Of a DNA stretch of 64,000 bases, positions 52,478 through 64,000 are shown one piece after another. The stretch comes from Octopus sinensis (taxonomy: Eukaryota), in contig NC_042998.1 in the NCBI RefSeq assembly GCF_006345805.1, positions 133,548,001-133,612,000 of the forward strand, written 5' to 3'. Position numbers and translations under genes: made by a program. Numbering within the stretch: the stretch's first letter is position 1; each line of letters starts with the position of its first letter. A model generated the notes under the pieces. The model did no database searches, was not told where the DNA came from, and was given only the letters and a program-made list of their open reading frames with translations.

Positions 52478-52851
52478 CTGTCATATGCCCCCATCGCGAC
52501 GTCGAAAGAGACAAATAGACAGCAAACGGGGGAGAGATTCAGAAGATACTTTTAGCCCAAAAGACTAAAGAAGTGAAGAAGGTGAAGAGTACGCCTCTAC
52601 ACGCTGAATACCCATCACACACAACCTCGTGCAAAGTTTGACATAATCCTAGGAAGGATGTTAACTATAGACACTGTTTGAAACTGCTGCGATAGTATTA
52701 TAGAAATAAGTGCTAAATATAGACGATTTAGCTATGGGAAAATCGTATATACGTGTAAGTAGTGGACTTCTTTCAGAAAGGATGAGAGTCCTCCTGGAAA
52801 TCGTAAGCCCACTCGGAAGAGTCCACATGCTGTCTTCCACTCATGGCATGC

Positions 52852-53270
52852 TATTGGTTTCAAATTTTGGCACAAGGCCAGCTATTTTGGGGGACGTGGT
52901 ACGTCAATTACATCGACTTCAGTACTTGACTGGTATTTGTTTTAACGACCCCAGAGTGGTGAAAAGCAATGTCGAAATCTGTGGAATTTGAACTCAGAAC
53001 GTAAAGAACTGGTAGAAATTCCGCTAACGATTCTACGAGTTCAACGCCCTTTTCTGGTTTGATATTACAAAAGCAATAAAGGTGGTAAGTTGACAAAATC
53101 GTTAGCACGCCGCAAAAATCTTAGTCGCATTTCGTCCTGCTTTATGTTCTGAGCTTAAATGCCTCCGAGGTCGACATTGTCTTTCATCCTTTCGCAATCG
53201 ATAAAATAAGTACCAGTTAAACATTGTGGTCGATTAAATCGACCAACACCAATCTGCAGAATTCCAGACC
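52852..53270. mobile_element. Two decayed Meta/MESC-like SINEs, back to back (- then +)
   Basis: GGAATTTGAACTCAGAACG at ~52982; TTTCATCCTTTCGCAATCGATAAAATAAGTACCAG at ~53182. Confidence 0.75.
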
Positions 53271-53433
53271 ATGTGCAAAGAGTAGAAAGGATATTTTAAT
53301 GGCGATCAAATCGATGTTTAATATTAAACAGTTGACTGCACACATTCATACAGACAGCAAAATAAGTATATCTGTTATATATGTATATAAATCCATATAT
53401 ATGTGTTTGTTTGTGTGTATGTGTGTGTATGTG

Positions 53434-53509
<76 letters not shown>

Positions 53510-53592
53510 GTGTGTGTGTGTGTGTGTATGCTTGTGTTTATACAGAGCTAGGGTCGTAGAGAGAGTACATAAACGAATAGTTAGAGAGTTTC

Positions 53593-53697
<105 letters not shown>

Positions 53698-54305
53698 TAG
53701 ATATATATGCATATACAGATATATATATATGTGTATGTAGTATATATATATATGTGTGTGTGTGTACTGTTCTCGGGTATTAGCTCTTTAATAAAAGTAT
53801 TATTGACTCTACATGCATAATGTATTGAGTACATTAATGAATTGCGGGCTGCCTCGTTTCCAGTTTCAGGTTTATGTTACACACACACCACACACACACA
53901 CACACCACACAAACAAACACACACATTATATTCATTCATATATATATATATACTCATATATATTTATGTTTGTGTGCGTGAGTAGATGTATGTGTGTGAA
54001 TGTATGTATGTATGTGCGTATTGCTACCTGTTTGTGTAAAGAATCGTCATTTGATTTCGAAGTTGTTACATTGGCCACTGCGTCATCCATGTGGCGCCAT
54101 TGGTCTGGCCCTAACGACAATGTTGATTCTGAACACCTGCCAATTTTTTTCATAAGCTCAACCAATCTTCTGTCTCTATTTACTCTTATTCTCCGTCGCA
54201 CACTTTGTCTCCCTGTCTCTTTCTCTCACTTTCTCATTCTCTCTCTACCTCTCTCATTGTTTGCATGTATATATATATATATATATAATATATATATATA
54301 ATATA

Positions 54306-54353
<48 letters not shown>

Positions 54354-54698
54354 ATATGCACACATATATATGCACGTATTGTATTGCACTGTATTTTATT
54401 TTCTACCTGTCCTACGTATTGTCCATCTATCTGCCCATCTTTCGAATCTCTTCTTCCTTCATCCATTGTATTCTTTCATAATTTCTGTATTTGTTGATCT
54501 TCACACCTTTGTTTCTATACAACAATACTTACATACACAGACATATAGAGATACATACATAGTATACATACACATATATGCGAATATACAGCCCTCTACA
54601 AACACATACATACGCATATTTAGTATATATTCATATCTGTATGTTTGTGTGTATCTATTATATATATTATATATATTGTGTGTGTGTGCGCGCGCGTG

Positions 54699-54744
<46 letters not shown>

Positions 54745-54944
54745 GCATCTATATACGTACGTATCTATGCAGGTAGATATGTATATGAGAAATATTTCTT
54801 CAATAATTTTTATGATGAATTTCACTTCGTTTTCTTTATGTTATCGTCTACCCCGTCTGAATTTTATCTATTTATGTATTTAACTAACTATATACGTCTG
54901 TCTGTCTGTCTGTCTATCAATCTATCTATCTCTCTATCTCTCTC

Positions 54945-54999
<55 letters not shown>

Positions 55000-55141
55000 C
55001 TGTCTGCCTGCTTGTCTGTCTATCTGCGTGTGTCTATTGTCTGTGTCAAAGTATCTATGGCGCTTCACTTTTCAATTCATAAACACACCTATCAGAACCT
55101 GAGACAGTAAACAGAGAGAAGTTGTTTGTGTGCGCGTCTGA

Positions 55142-55179
<38 letters not shown>

Positions 55180-55448
55180 GCGTGAGAGGTGGGGGATGTT
55201 AAAGAAACTGGGTCTTCATCCGAAGTCATTGTACGTATTCTGTAACATTTATAGTCATAGAAAAAAATCACTCGACTAAATCACTCGACTTCACTCTTTT
55301 CGTTAGCACATGAAATATGATTATCTTATTTTCTATTGTTATGGCAAGCACTGTCAAAACCAACACAACCACCAACACTATATCTTACAAAACTGCCACG
55401 ATTAACAACAACTGCACTAACACAACGACCACAATTATGGACGGGTAC

Positions 55449-55603
55449 ATGGTTATGGCTGTGTAATTAAAAATTTCACTTCACAAATGCAGATTTTACG
55501 GTTTCGATCCCATAGTTTATGCGTCGCCTTGGGCAAGTGCTTTTATCCCGTTATGTTGGGCCTTCTAAAGTCCTGTGAGGGAAACTTGGTGGACGGAAAC
55601 TGT
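55449..55603 (+). mobile_element. Decayed CORE-type SINE head
   Basis: GGTTTCGATCCC, CCTTGGGCAAGTGC, TTGGTGGACGGAAACTG. Confidence 0.65.
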
Positions 55604-56089
55604 CCTCGTCACCCCTACAATGGATACGATTATTACTCCCACTATCGCAACTACCACTATTATTATTGCTATCTCCACTGTCACCAGCAACAACGAGAGA
55701 CCCTGGATAGTTGACGAGCTAGAAGTAGCAGTCTCCTTTCCCTCAGATCATATCCTTTTGCTGGATTTCTCAAATCGGGGTGTTTGTTCCCTTCGGAATG
55801 TGAAAAAGAAATTTTGTGGTAACGCAGGCTTTGCGGGGAAAAAAATGGAAATTTGACGTAATTACAACTAAACGTAACACGTGTGTCTAGAAACTGTGTG
55901 GTGTGCTTTTCTCGTTCTGAACAAGTGTTTTCAGCAATGTTTGTAACCAAAACAAATTTCTTGCAAAACTGTCCGAGAAGAACATACAGGTGTACCTCTC
56001 TGAAACTGTAATCTAGAGCTGAGCAGTTTGTTAGACAGAGTCAATTTTATTAATCTCATTAAAAAAATAATTTTACAAAAAATGATTGC

Positions 56090-56230
56090 TTTTACATAGG
56101 CACAAGGCCATACATTTGAGAGGTAGACATAGTCGGGTATATCGACCCCAGTACTTGAGTAGTATTTTATTTTATCGACTCCGGAAAGAGAAAAGGCAAA
56201 GTTGAACGCGACAGGATTTGAGCACACGTA
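56090..56230 (-). mobile_element. Decayed Meta/MESC-like SINE
   Basis: TCGACCCCAGTACTTGAGTAGTATTTTATTTTATCGAC...AAGGCAAAGTTGAA. Confidence 0.7.
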
Positions 56231-56892
56231 TTAAAATTAAACTAATAATAAATACCTGTCTATCGCTTCAGCTATAATATCAAACCATATGTCAAGTATG
56301 CATTCACACATATTCATACAGACATTCACACACACACACACATGCACATTCACACACCCACGCACAATCACGCACATACACACATACACTCGTACACACA
56401 TTCACACACAAATGCACATATACACACATACACACATTTTTTTCTATTTACGCACTTCCCCTCATTCTCCCAGGAGCTATGACAAATGATTCTGCCTGCC
56501 AAAATTCTGTGCAATAGGGATGAATCCTTGACCTCATGAACATGAAGCAAGCTTCTTAATTATCCACACACACACACACGCACACACCACACACACATAC
56601 ACACAGGGATACACGCATACAAGGACGCACACAATTTCACTCAACCCAGATTAACTCACTATATCAGAAGCTATGATAAATGACTCCTCCCCACCCTCCC
56701 ACAAGATGCTATGCAGTAAGATGGAAACGGGAGCCTCGTGGTTTCAAAACGAGCTTCTTGATCACTCAAGCACATAAACATACCCACATGCACACATGCA
56801 CACATACATACATATATACGTACATATATACATGCATACATGCATGCATACATACATACATACATACATACATACATACATACATACATACA

Positions 56893-56930
<38 letters not shown>

Positions 56931-58100
56931 TTATATATATACATACATACGTACGTACGTACATAGGGCTGATTCGTGCATTACAAGTGTAATCTGTGAG
57001 TGGAACAGTAAAATTATGCAAAACTTTTCTCAAGTTCCAAGGATGAAGCCTTGTATTTTTGTTGGAAAGCGGCTCCCTCCTCAGTGGAATATTTATAATA
57101 ATTAAAAAATAGAAGAGACATATATACGCTCAAAGAGAATTCTATAATGACACCTACAATGGGTGACTGGAATATCGTCTTGTCAACTTCACTAAAGAAT
57201 ATTGATTTCGTATACCACAATACATGATACATCAAATAATCGTTGTCCTGGTTTAGATGCATACAAAATTACATACAATGATATTCGCATATGCATAAGA
57301 AGAGAAAGGTGGCGAATTTGCAGCGTTCTCGGAGCGTCGGATCGAACATCCTGCGAAGTTTTTCCCGGCATTTTATTCTCTGTGTTCAAACCTCGCTTAG
57401 ATCAACTGTCTTAAATCTTTCCGGGTTTAATAAAGTATCAATCCAAAACAGTTTGTTGGTGTCTCTTGAGTAGTTTGAGGCTTACTAGGAAGGCTTACTA
57501 GTAGTGTGATATCAACATCAGCTGCATTTGCTTCAAAGGAGTCTATGACGGAACTTAGAATCTTCGTCTTGAGGTCTTTCAATTATATTTGCATATCATT
57601 GTGGATTTTTTTTCCAAATGATCAATGAACACTAAAATATCATCCTCATGCAACTCCTCCACAATAGTGGCAATAGTTGGAAATGCCTCTGTTCCTTACG
57701 TCCAATGTTTCTCATAAATAGATTAGGTTATCCAAGGTTTCATCTTTGTGAATTAATAGAGTTGTACTTGTTGCTGTTTATTGAGAAAATTTAGCTTTTC
57801 TAATATATCTGAAAGGCAGATTATCTCACATTTGGCAGCTAGGCTCCCTTACCGTTTAGAAACATCACAACTCTGTCCCAAAGTTCAACGAAGCGACGAA
57901 GATAATTACGTTTGCAGATTGTCACTGGGAGTAAGAACTTCAAAACGTAAAATAATATTTAATTCATACACTTTCCAATGCCAACTGTATACTGTATACA
58001 TCAATGATACTGTATTATAGAACAGTGAAATGTATCCATCTGTATTTTGTCATGACGCTAATTAAGATATAGAAAATGTATTATGTATATACGAGTATAT

Positions 58101-58482
58101 TACTCTTTTTACTCTTTTACTCTTTTACTTGTTTCAGTCATTTGACTGCGACCATGCTGGAGCACCGCCTTTTAGTCGAGCAAATCGACCCGGGACTTAT
58201 TCTTGTAAGCCCAGTATTATTTATCGGTCTCCTTTTGCCGAACCGCTAAGTGAGGGGGAACGTAAACACACCAGCATCGGTTGTCAAGCAATGCTAAGGG
58301 GACAAACACAGACACACAAACACATACACACACACACATTTATATATACATATATACGACAGGTCATTGGTCGACTCGGGGCTATAGCAGAAGACACTTG
58401 CCCAAGATGCCACGCAGTGGGACTGAACCCGGAACCATGTGGTTGGTTAGCAAGCTACTTACCACACAGCCACTCCTACGCC
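58101..58482 (-). mobile_element. CORE-type SINE with internal (CA)/(TA) tract
   Basis: Reverse complement of 39984-40425 with an internal deletion; TACTCTTT tail repeats. Confidence 0.9.
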
Positions 58483-58768
58483 TATATTCACATGTATCAT
58501 TTTGTGTATAAAATTTTAAAGATATAGAGAGTAACAGAAGATTTTAATAAGAAACAGAGTAGTAGATGCGTTCCCCTTATAAGCACCCTGTAATACCCCA
58601 CTCCCACTGAACATATGACCCATCGCCAATCCCCAAAATTTTTGTCGCCCCATTGAACATAGCCACAACCCCAGGCTAGAAAATACAGCGCCATTAATAA
58701 TACTAAAAGCATACGAAATTTGACAGATTTCTCTTATTTCTCTCGAAACCGTTATAGCATTTATTACC

Positions 58769-58844
58769 TTCTACATACGGTTACTAATCTTGTTCTACAT
58801 ACGGTTACTAATCTTGTTCTACATACGGTTACTAATCTTGTTCT
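58769..58844. repeat. 24-bp minisatellite, 3 identical copies
   Basis: (TTCTACATACGGTTACTAATCTTG)x3. Confidence 0.95.
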
Positions 58845-59487
58845 TCCTTCCTGTTCTTTTTTTCTTTCCGCTTTTTTTTTTTTCACTTTTTCTCCCTTTC
58901 TGCTTTTCAGCCACAAATTTACATTTTTGCGACCAATAATTTCATACGCTATTGAATTGTACTCCACCACATTTTATCAGAAAGTTATTCTTTCACGTAT
59001 AGAAGTTCAAAACCGTGTAAACCTCAACAAGCTAACTCTACATTGATCTCATGTACTTTTTTGGCATGCGTAACAACAATAATTTTAAATTTTAAATGCA
59101 CTTCCATATATGTGTGTGTGTGCGCGCGCGTGTGTGTGTGTGTTCTATTATATATAATATATAATAAATCAACAAAGGGTGTGAAATTAATTTATTAATT
59201 AATTTATAATTAATAATCTTCCCAAGTAGTTCGGTATGTGGTTTATACATATGTATATAGCTATATATATATATATATAGAATATATATATATATTATAT
59301 ATATATATGGCATATATAGTGTTTATATATGTTATATATATGTGTGCGTATATATATGCATATATATATGTATATATAGTATATATATATATATTATATA
59401 TACAATATATACACACACAGGTGGAGTGGGAGAGATACATATATGTGTATACATACATCTATACAATTACATACAAATACACACATC

Positions 59488-60650
<1,163 letters not shown>

Positions 60651-60727
60651 TCCATATATATATACATATATATATATATTATATATAATAATATATAGAT
60701 AATAGATATATATATACTTATATATAT

Positions 60728-60761
<34 letters not shown>

Positions 60762-60765
60762 CTTA

Positions 60766-60973
60766 TCACAAAGCAGCATAAAATTCACAAATCTGTTACT
60801 CTGAGTTTCACCTTCTGTTCGTCGGACAGTTTTTGCTAGACGAACGGGAACGTGAAACTCACAGTAACAAGGTTTTGTTGAATTTCCGCTGCTTTTGAAT
60901 AAAGCATATTACTCTACCACTGGTATTGAGTACTCTTTTTTCCACCTTGTTTAACATTTATGTGTTACTCCGG
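60766..60973 (+). mobile_element. (TA)n-flanked pLTR-like element with an internal fold-back
   Basis: Hairpin at 60781-60885 followed by a ~90-nt tail ending CTCCGG-(TA)n, the same layout as 19718 and 47624. Confidence 0.5.
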
Positions 60974-61041
60974 TATATATTTATATATATATAGTATATA
61001 TATATTTACATATGTCATCTATCTATCAATCTATCCTCTAT

Positions 61042-61073
<32 letters not shown>

Positions 61074-61552
61074 TATATATATATTATATATAATATATAT
61101 TAATAATTAGATATACACGCAACATACATAAACGCACATATACATACTGGATGCACACATATGTTTCATTCCAAATTACTCTGCGTGCACATGTGCGTGT
61201 GCTTATGCGTGTGTAAACAGAGCTTGACAAAGATCAAATATCGATTTGCATTTAATTGTATATACTTTATGAAGAAAGGATTTCAAGGACAATAATTAAC
61301 CAAAGTGAAGAGAGAATTGTAAGAAAAGTTTAGATATAATTATATCATAAAAGTTCAAAATGTAGACACCCACTTTCAAGTCATTTTAATTATACTGACA
61401 CCAAAATTATCAACCAATAATCAGCACTTTAAATAGCATTGTAACTATTCTGTACAAACATAAGCTTTAAAGACACAACCTCTAGTAACAGTTACTCCAA
61501 AAATGAATATTTTACATTAGGAACCATTACAGGGTATGGAATTACTGTGAAA

Positions 61553-61810
61553 CTGTGTGGCCTGGTGGTTAGGGATATTCGGGTCATGAACGTAAGGTCG
61601 TGTGTTCGTCTCTCGGCGGCGCTTTGTCCCTGAGCAAGGCACTTTATTTCACGTTGCTCCAGTCCATCCAGCTGACAAAATGAGTAGTATTATCTGTATT
61701 TCGAAATGGTGTCTGTGAAATGCTTAGCAACTTGTGCGTTAAGTTCACCGGCAGGATGTTCCGTTGATCAAATTAACTGGAAACCTCGATGTCGTGATCG
61801 ATGGAGTGAC
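61553..61810 (+). mobile_element. tRNA-derived SINE with CORE/V-like body
   Basis: TGGCCTGGTGGTTAGG, GTGTTCGTC, TCCCTGAGCAAGGCACTTTA...; tail as in 60275-60650. Confidence 0.75.
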
Positions 61811-62898
61811 AAGAAATATGGAATTATTAGTCTACACAATTGTTACCAAAATCATGAAATATTCTACCTTAACTGTTCTTGTTATTGCTGCTGGTGTCTT
61901 CATTGTCTCTGTTGTTGTTGTTTATCCCCATGACAGACCCGAGGGGACAGGCCTATCCTGAATGATATTCTACGCGTTCCAAAACTATTGTGAATGACCA
62001 TGCCATCATTCATATTTGCCAACGTGTCCTGTTTCGAGAGAGTAGACATATTTGATCGCAACTAGAAGCTGCAACCTGAAGTCTCATTCATCTGTCTCAT
62101 ATCGTACAGCAGATAAAAAGTTTTCTGTCTAAACAGCTGTCGCACATTCAAGCTGTGCAAAATATACCAACACATACCTGAGACGCTTACACCAAGACAT
62201 CTCTTAAATGGAAATCTTTGAAAACTCATGCGAAGAGAGTAGAAAAAATTTTAGAAGCCATTGTGTTGTGGTTAACGAACTCCGCGTTCAGTAAACAAAC
62301 ATCAGGGGAAAATACGATGTTTCAGATTCTACAATAGCATATTGTAACTTGTAACATCTAAATTGATCAATCATTAGAACCAATATTTAACATGAATTTG
62401 ATAAAAAATATACAGTACGGTAAGAAAATCTATTTAGATACGATCTGCATCACCTGGTGCGGTTTATCAATCTTTACATTGGCCTCTAGTTTCCTACCAG
62501 TGACAAATTATACTTTCCAGAGAATGCACTGAATACTTCTGGTAGTATCGTCCGCCTCAAACAAGACAAGATATATTCACTACTGTTTTTGCCCAGGACT
62601 TACAATACACTTCCAAGAATATCATCCACCCATCTAGTTCCAGACTGAAACAACCCTGCCACTCCGCTGGTTCTATGCCACCGAAACGTGAGATGGATTA
62701 CACAGGACTGCCTCTCAGAAATCCTTGTCTTGCCTATAGCTTCCAAATGTGTTGATCTGAAATCGTTTAGCAAGTGACTAAGATTGCAAGAAAATCCAAA
62801 GGAGTAAACATTTTCAAAACGACTTACATTTCAGAAAGTTCTCCAAAGATTCTGTGTCGAACTGCATAGGTGGTAAGCCACTTTTGTCAAACTCTCTA

Positions 62899-62900
62899 AA

Positions 62901-62992
<92 letters not shown>

Positions 62993-63037
62993 GAAGAAGA
63001 AGAAGAAGAAGAAGAGAAGAAGAAGAAGAAGAAGAAA
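62899..63037. repeat. (AAT)n followed by (AAG)n
   Basis: Directly visible. Confidence 0.95.
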
Positions 63038-63149
63038 TTGTCTTAACAGGCACACTACGATTGTCTTAACTGGTACGTCACACGTACTGAGAAGAGCATT
63101 GTCACTGTGATATTTCTTTCCTCTCTTCCTCTTTATTTTCTTTCATTCA

Positions 63150-63277
63150 TTTTTATTCTTTTATTTCTTTCGGTCATTTGACTACGACCAAGCTGGAGCA
63201 CCGCCTTTACTCGAGCAAATCGACCCCAGGAGTTATTCTTTGTAAGCCTAGAACACACACACACACACACACACACC

Positions 63278-63327
<50 letters not shown>

Positions 63328-63419
63328 ACAACGTTTTTTTTTCTATTTCCGTCTACCAAATCCACTCACAAGGCTTAAGTCGGCCCGAGGATATAGCAGA
63401 AGACACTTGCCCAAGGTGA
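63150..63419 (-). mobile_element. CORE-type SINE, internally deleted
   Basis: GCTGGAGCACCGCCTTT...GAATAAG-like tail plus TTCCGTCTACCAAATCCACTCACAAGGC...CACTTGCCCAAGG. Confidence 0.85.
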
Positions 63420-63611
63420 CTTTTTTCTCTCTATCTTTCTTCCTCTTTTTTTTCTATCGCATCACTTTTGAAATGAACAATGTAGTATACATTGCATTTC
63501 TCTGCTCTAATTGTCAGGAAGACACTCGGCAAGAAATGGAAATAGAATTGGAAGAAGATGGTAATGAAATTAATAATAATGATCATCATCATCATCATGA
63601 TAGATGAGAAT

Positions 63612-63980
63612 TTCAAGATCTTATGGAACTTCCCTTAAAGACTGACTATGCCATTGAAGCAAGAAGACCAGATATAATTAAAGAGAACAAAATAAGCAAA
63701 GTGTAAGATCATAGAGTTTGCAGTGCTCAATGATACTTGAGGCGATACCGAAAAATATTGAAGAATATCAGAATCTTGCCAGAGAGCTGAAAAGACTATG
63801 AAAAACTAAGACAACAATTATTCCTGTGGTAATTGATGCACTTGGCACAACACCTGAAATGCTACCTAAAAGACTGAAAGATATTGGAACTGGAACTCGC
63901 AGAAAAGTACTGTAGAAAAGTACCATCCTATATACTGCAAGAATTCTATGTAAGATTGTTGCAGTTGGAGGAGACTTGAC
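63612..63980 (+). pseudogene. R4/Dong-clade RLE C-terminal fragment
   Basis: KILWNFP, IEARRPDII, EYQNLARELKRL, IIPVVIDALGT, ILYTARIL. Confidence 0.8.
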
Positions 63981-64000
63981 ATTAAAACTCAAAATAATAT

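Noticed and set aside
54020-54190. GC-richer island between microsatellites, open in several frames, with a CAG|GTAG donor-like site on the minus strand
   Set aside because: No polypyrimidine acceptor and no recognisable peptide; cannot distinguish an exon from an old repeat.
58769-58844. CRISPR-like array
   Set aside because: The repeats are contiguous with no spacers, there are no cas genes, and the context is eukaryotic.

Overview
AT-rich eukaryotic DNA packed with microsatellites ((TA)n, (TG)n, (TATG)n, (TAA)n, (TAGA)n). The SINE families, the microsatellite load and a strongly divergent 28S rRNA fragment suggest an octopus or other coleoid cephalopod (inference). I cannot confidently identify any host gene; most listed ORFs are microsatellite artefacts. 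The window is mostly transposon remains: a near full-length R4/Dong-clade non-LTR retrotransposon in (TAA)n (14.9-18.9 kb, broken by stops and frameshifts), three more R4-clade fragments, a decayed L1/Tx1 element, two different Penelope-like elements, Tc1, mariner and hAT remnants, MITEs, several tRNA-derived SINE families and a dispersed 28S rRNA piece. The most interesting signals are: (1) minimal hammerhead ribozyme motifs in short Penelope-pLTR-like elements sitting in (TA)n tracts, the four best-preserved of which carry an extra purine after A9, two of them sharing a CCGACGA core variant; (2) apparent partitioning of microsatellite targets among retroelements, with the targets supplied by other retroposons' tails or bodies; (3) many fold-back structures, including a ~520 bp palindrome and inverted duplications centred on (TA)n. 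Coordinates were counted by hand and boundaries of decayed elements are approximate. No database searches or folding calculations were run.
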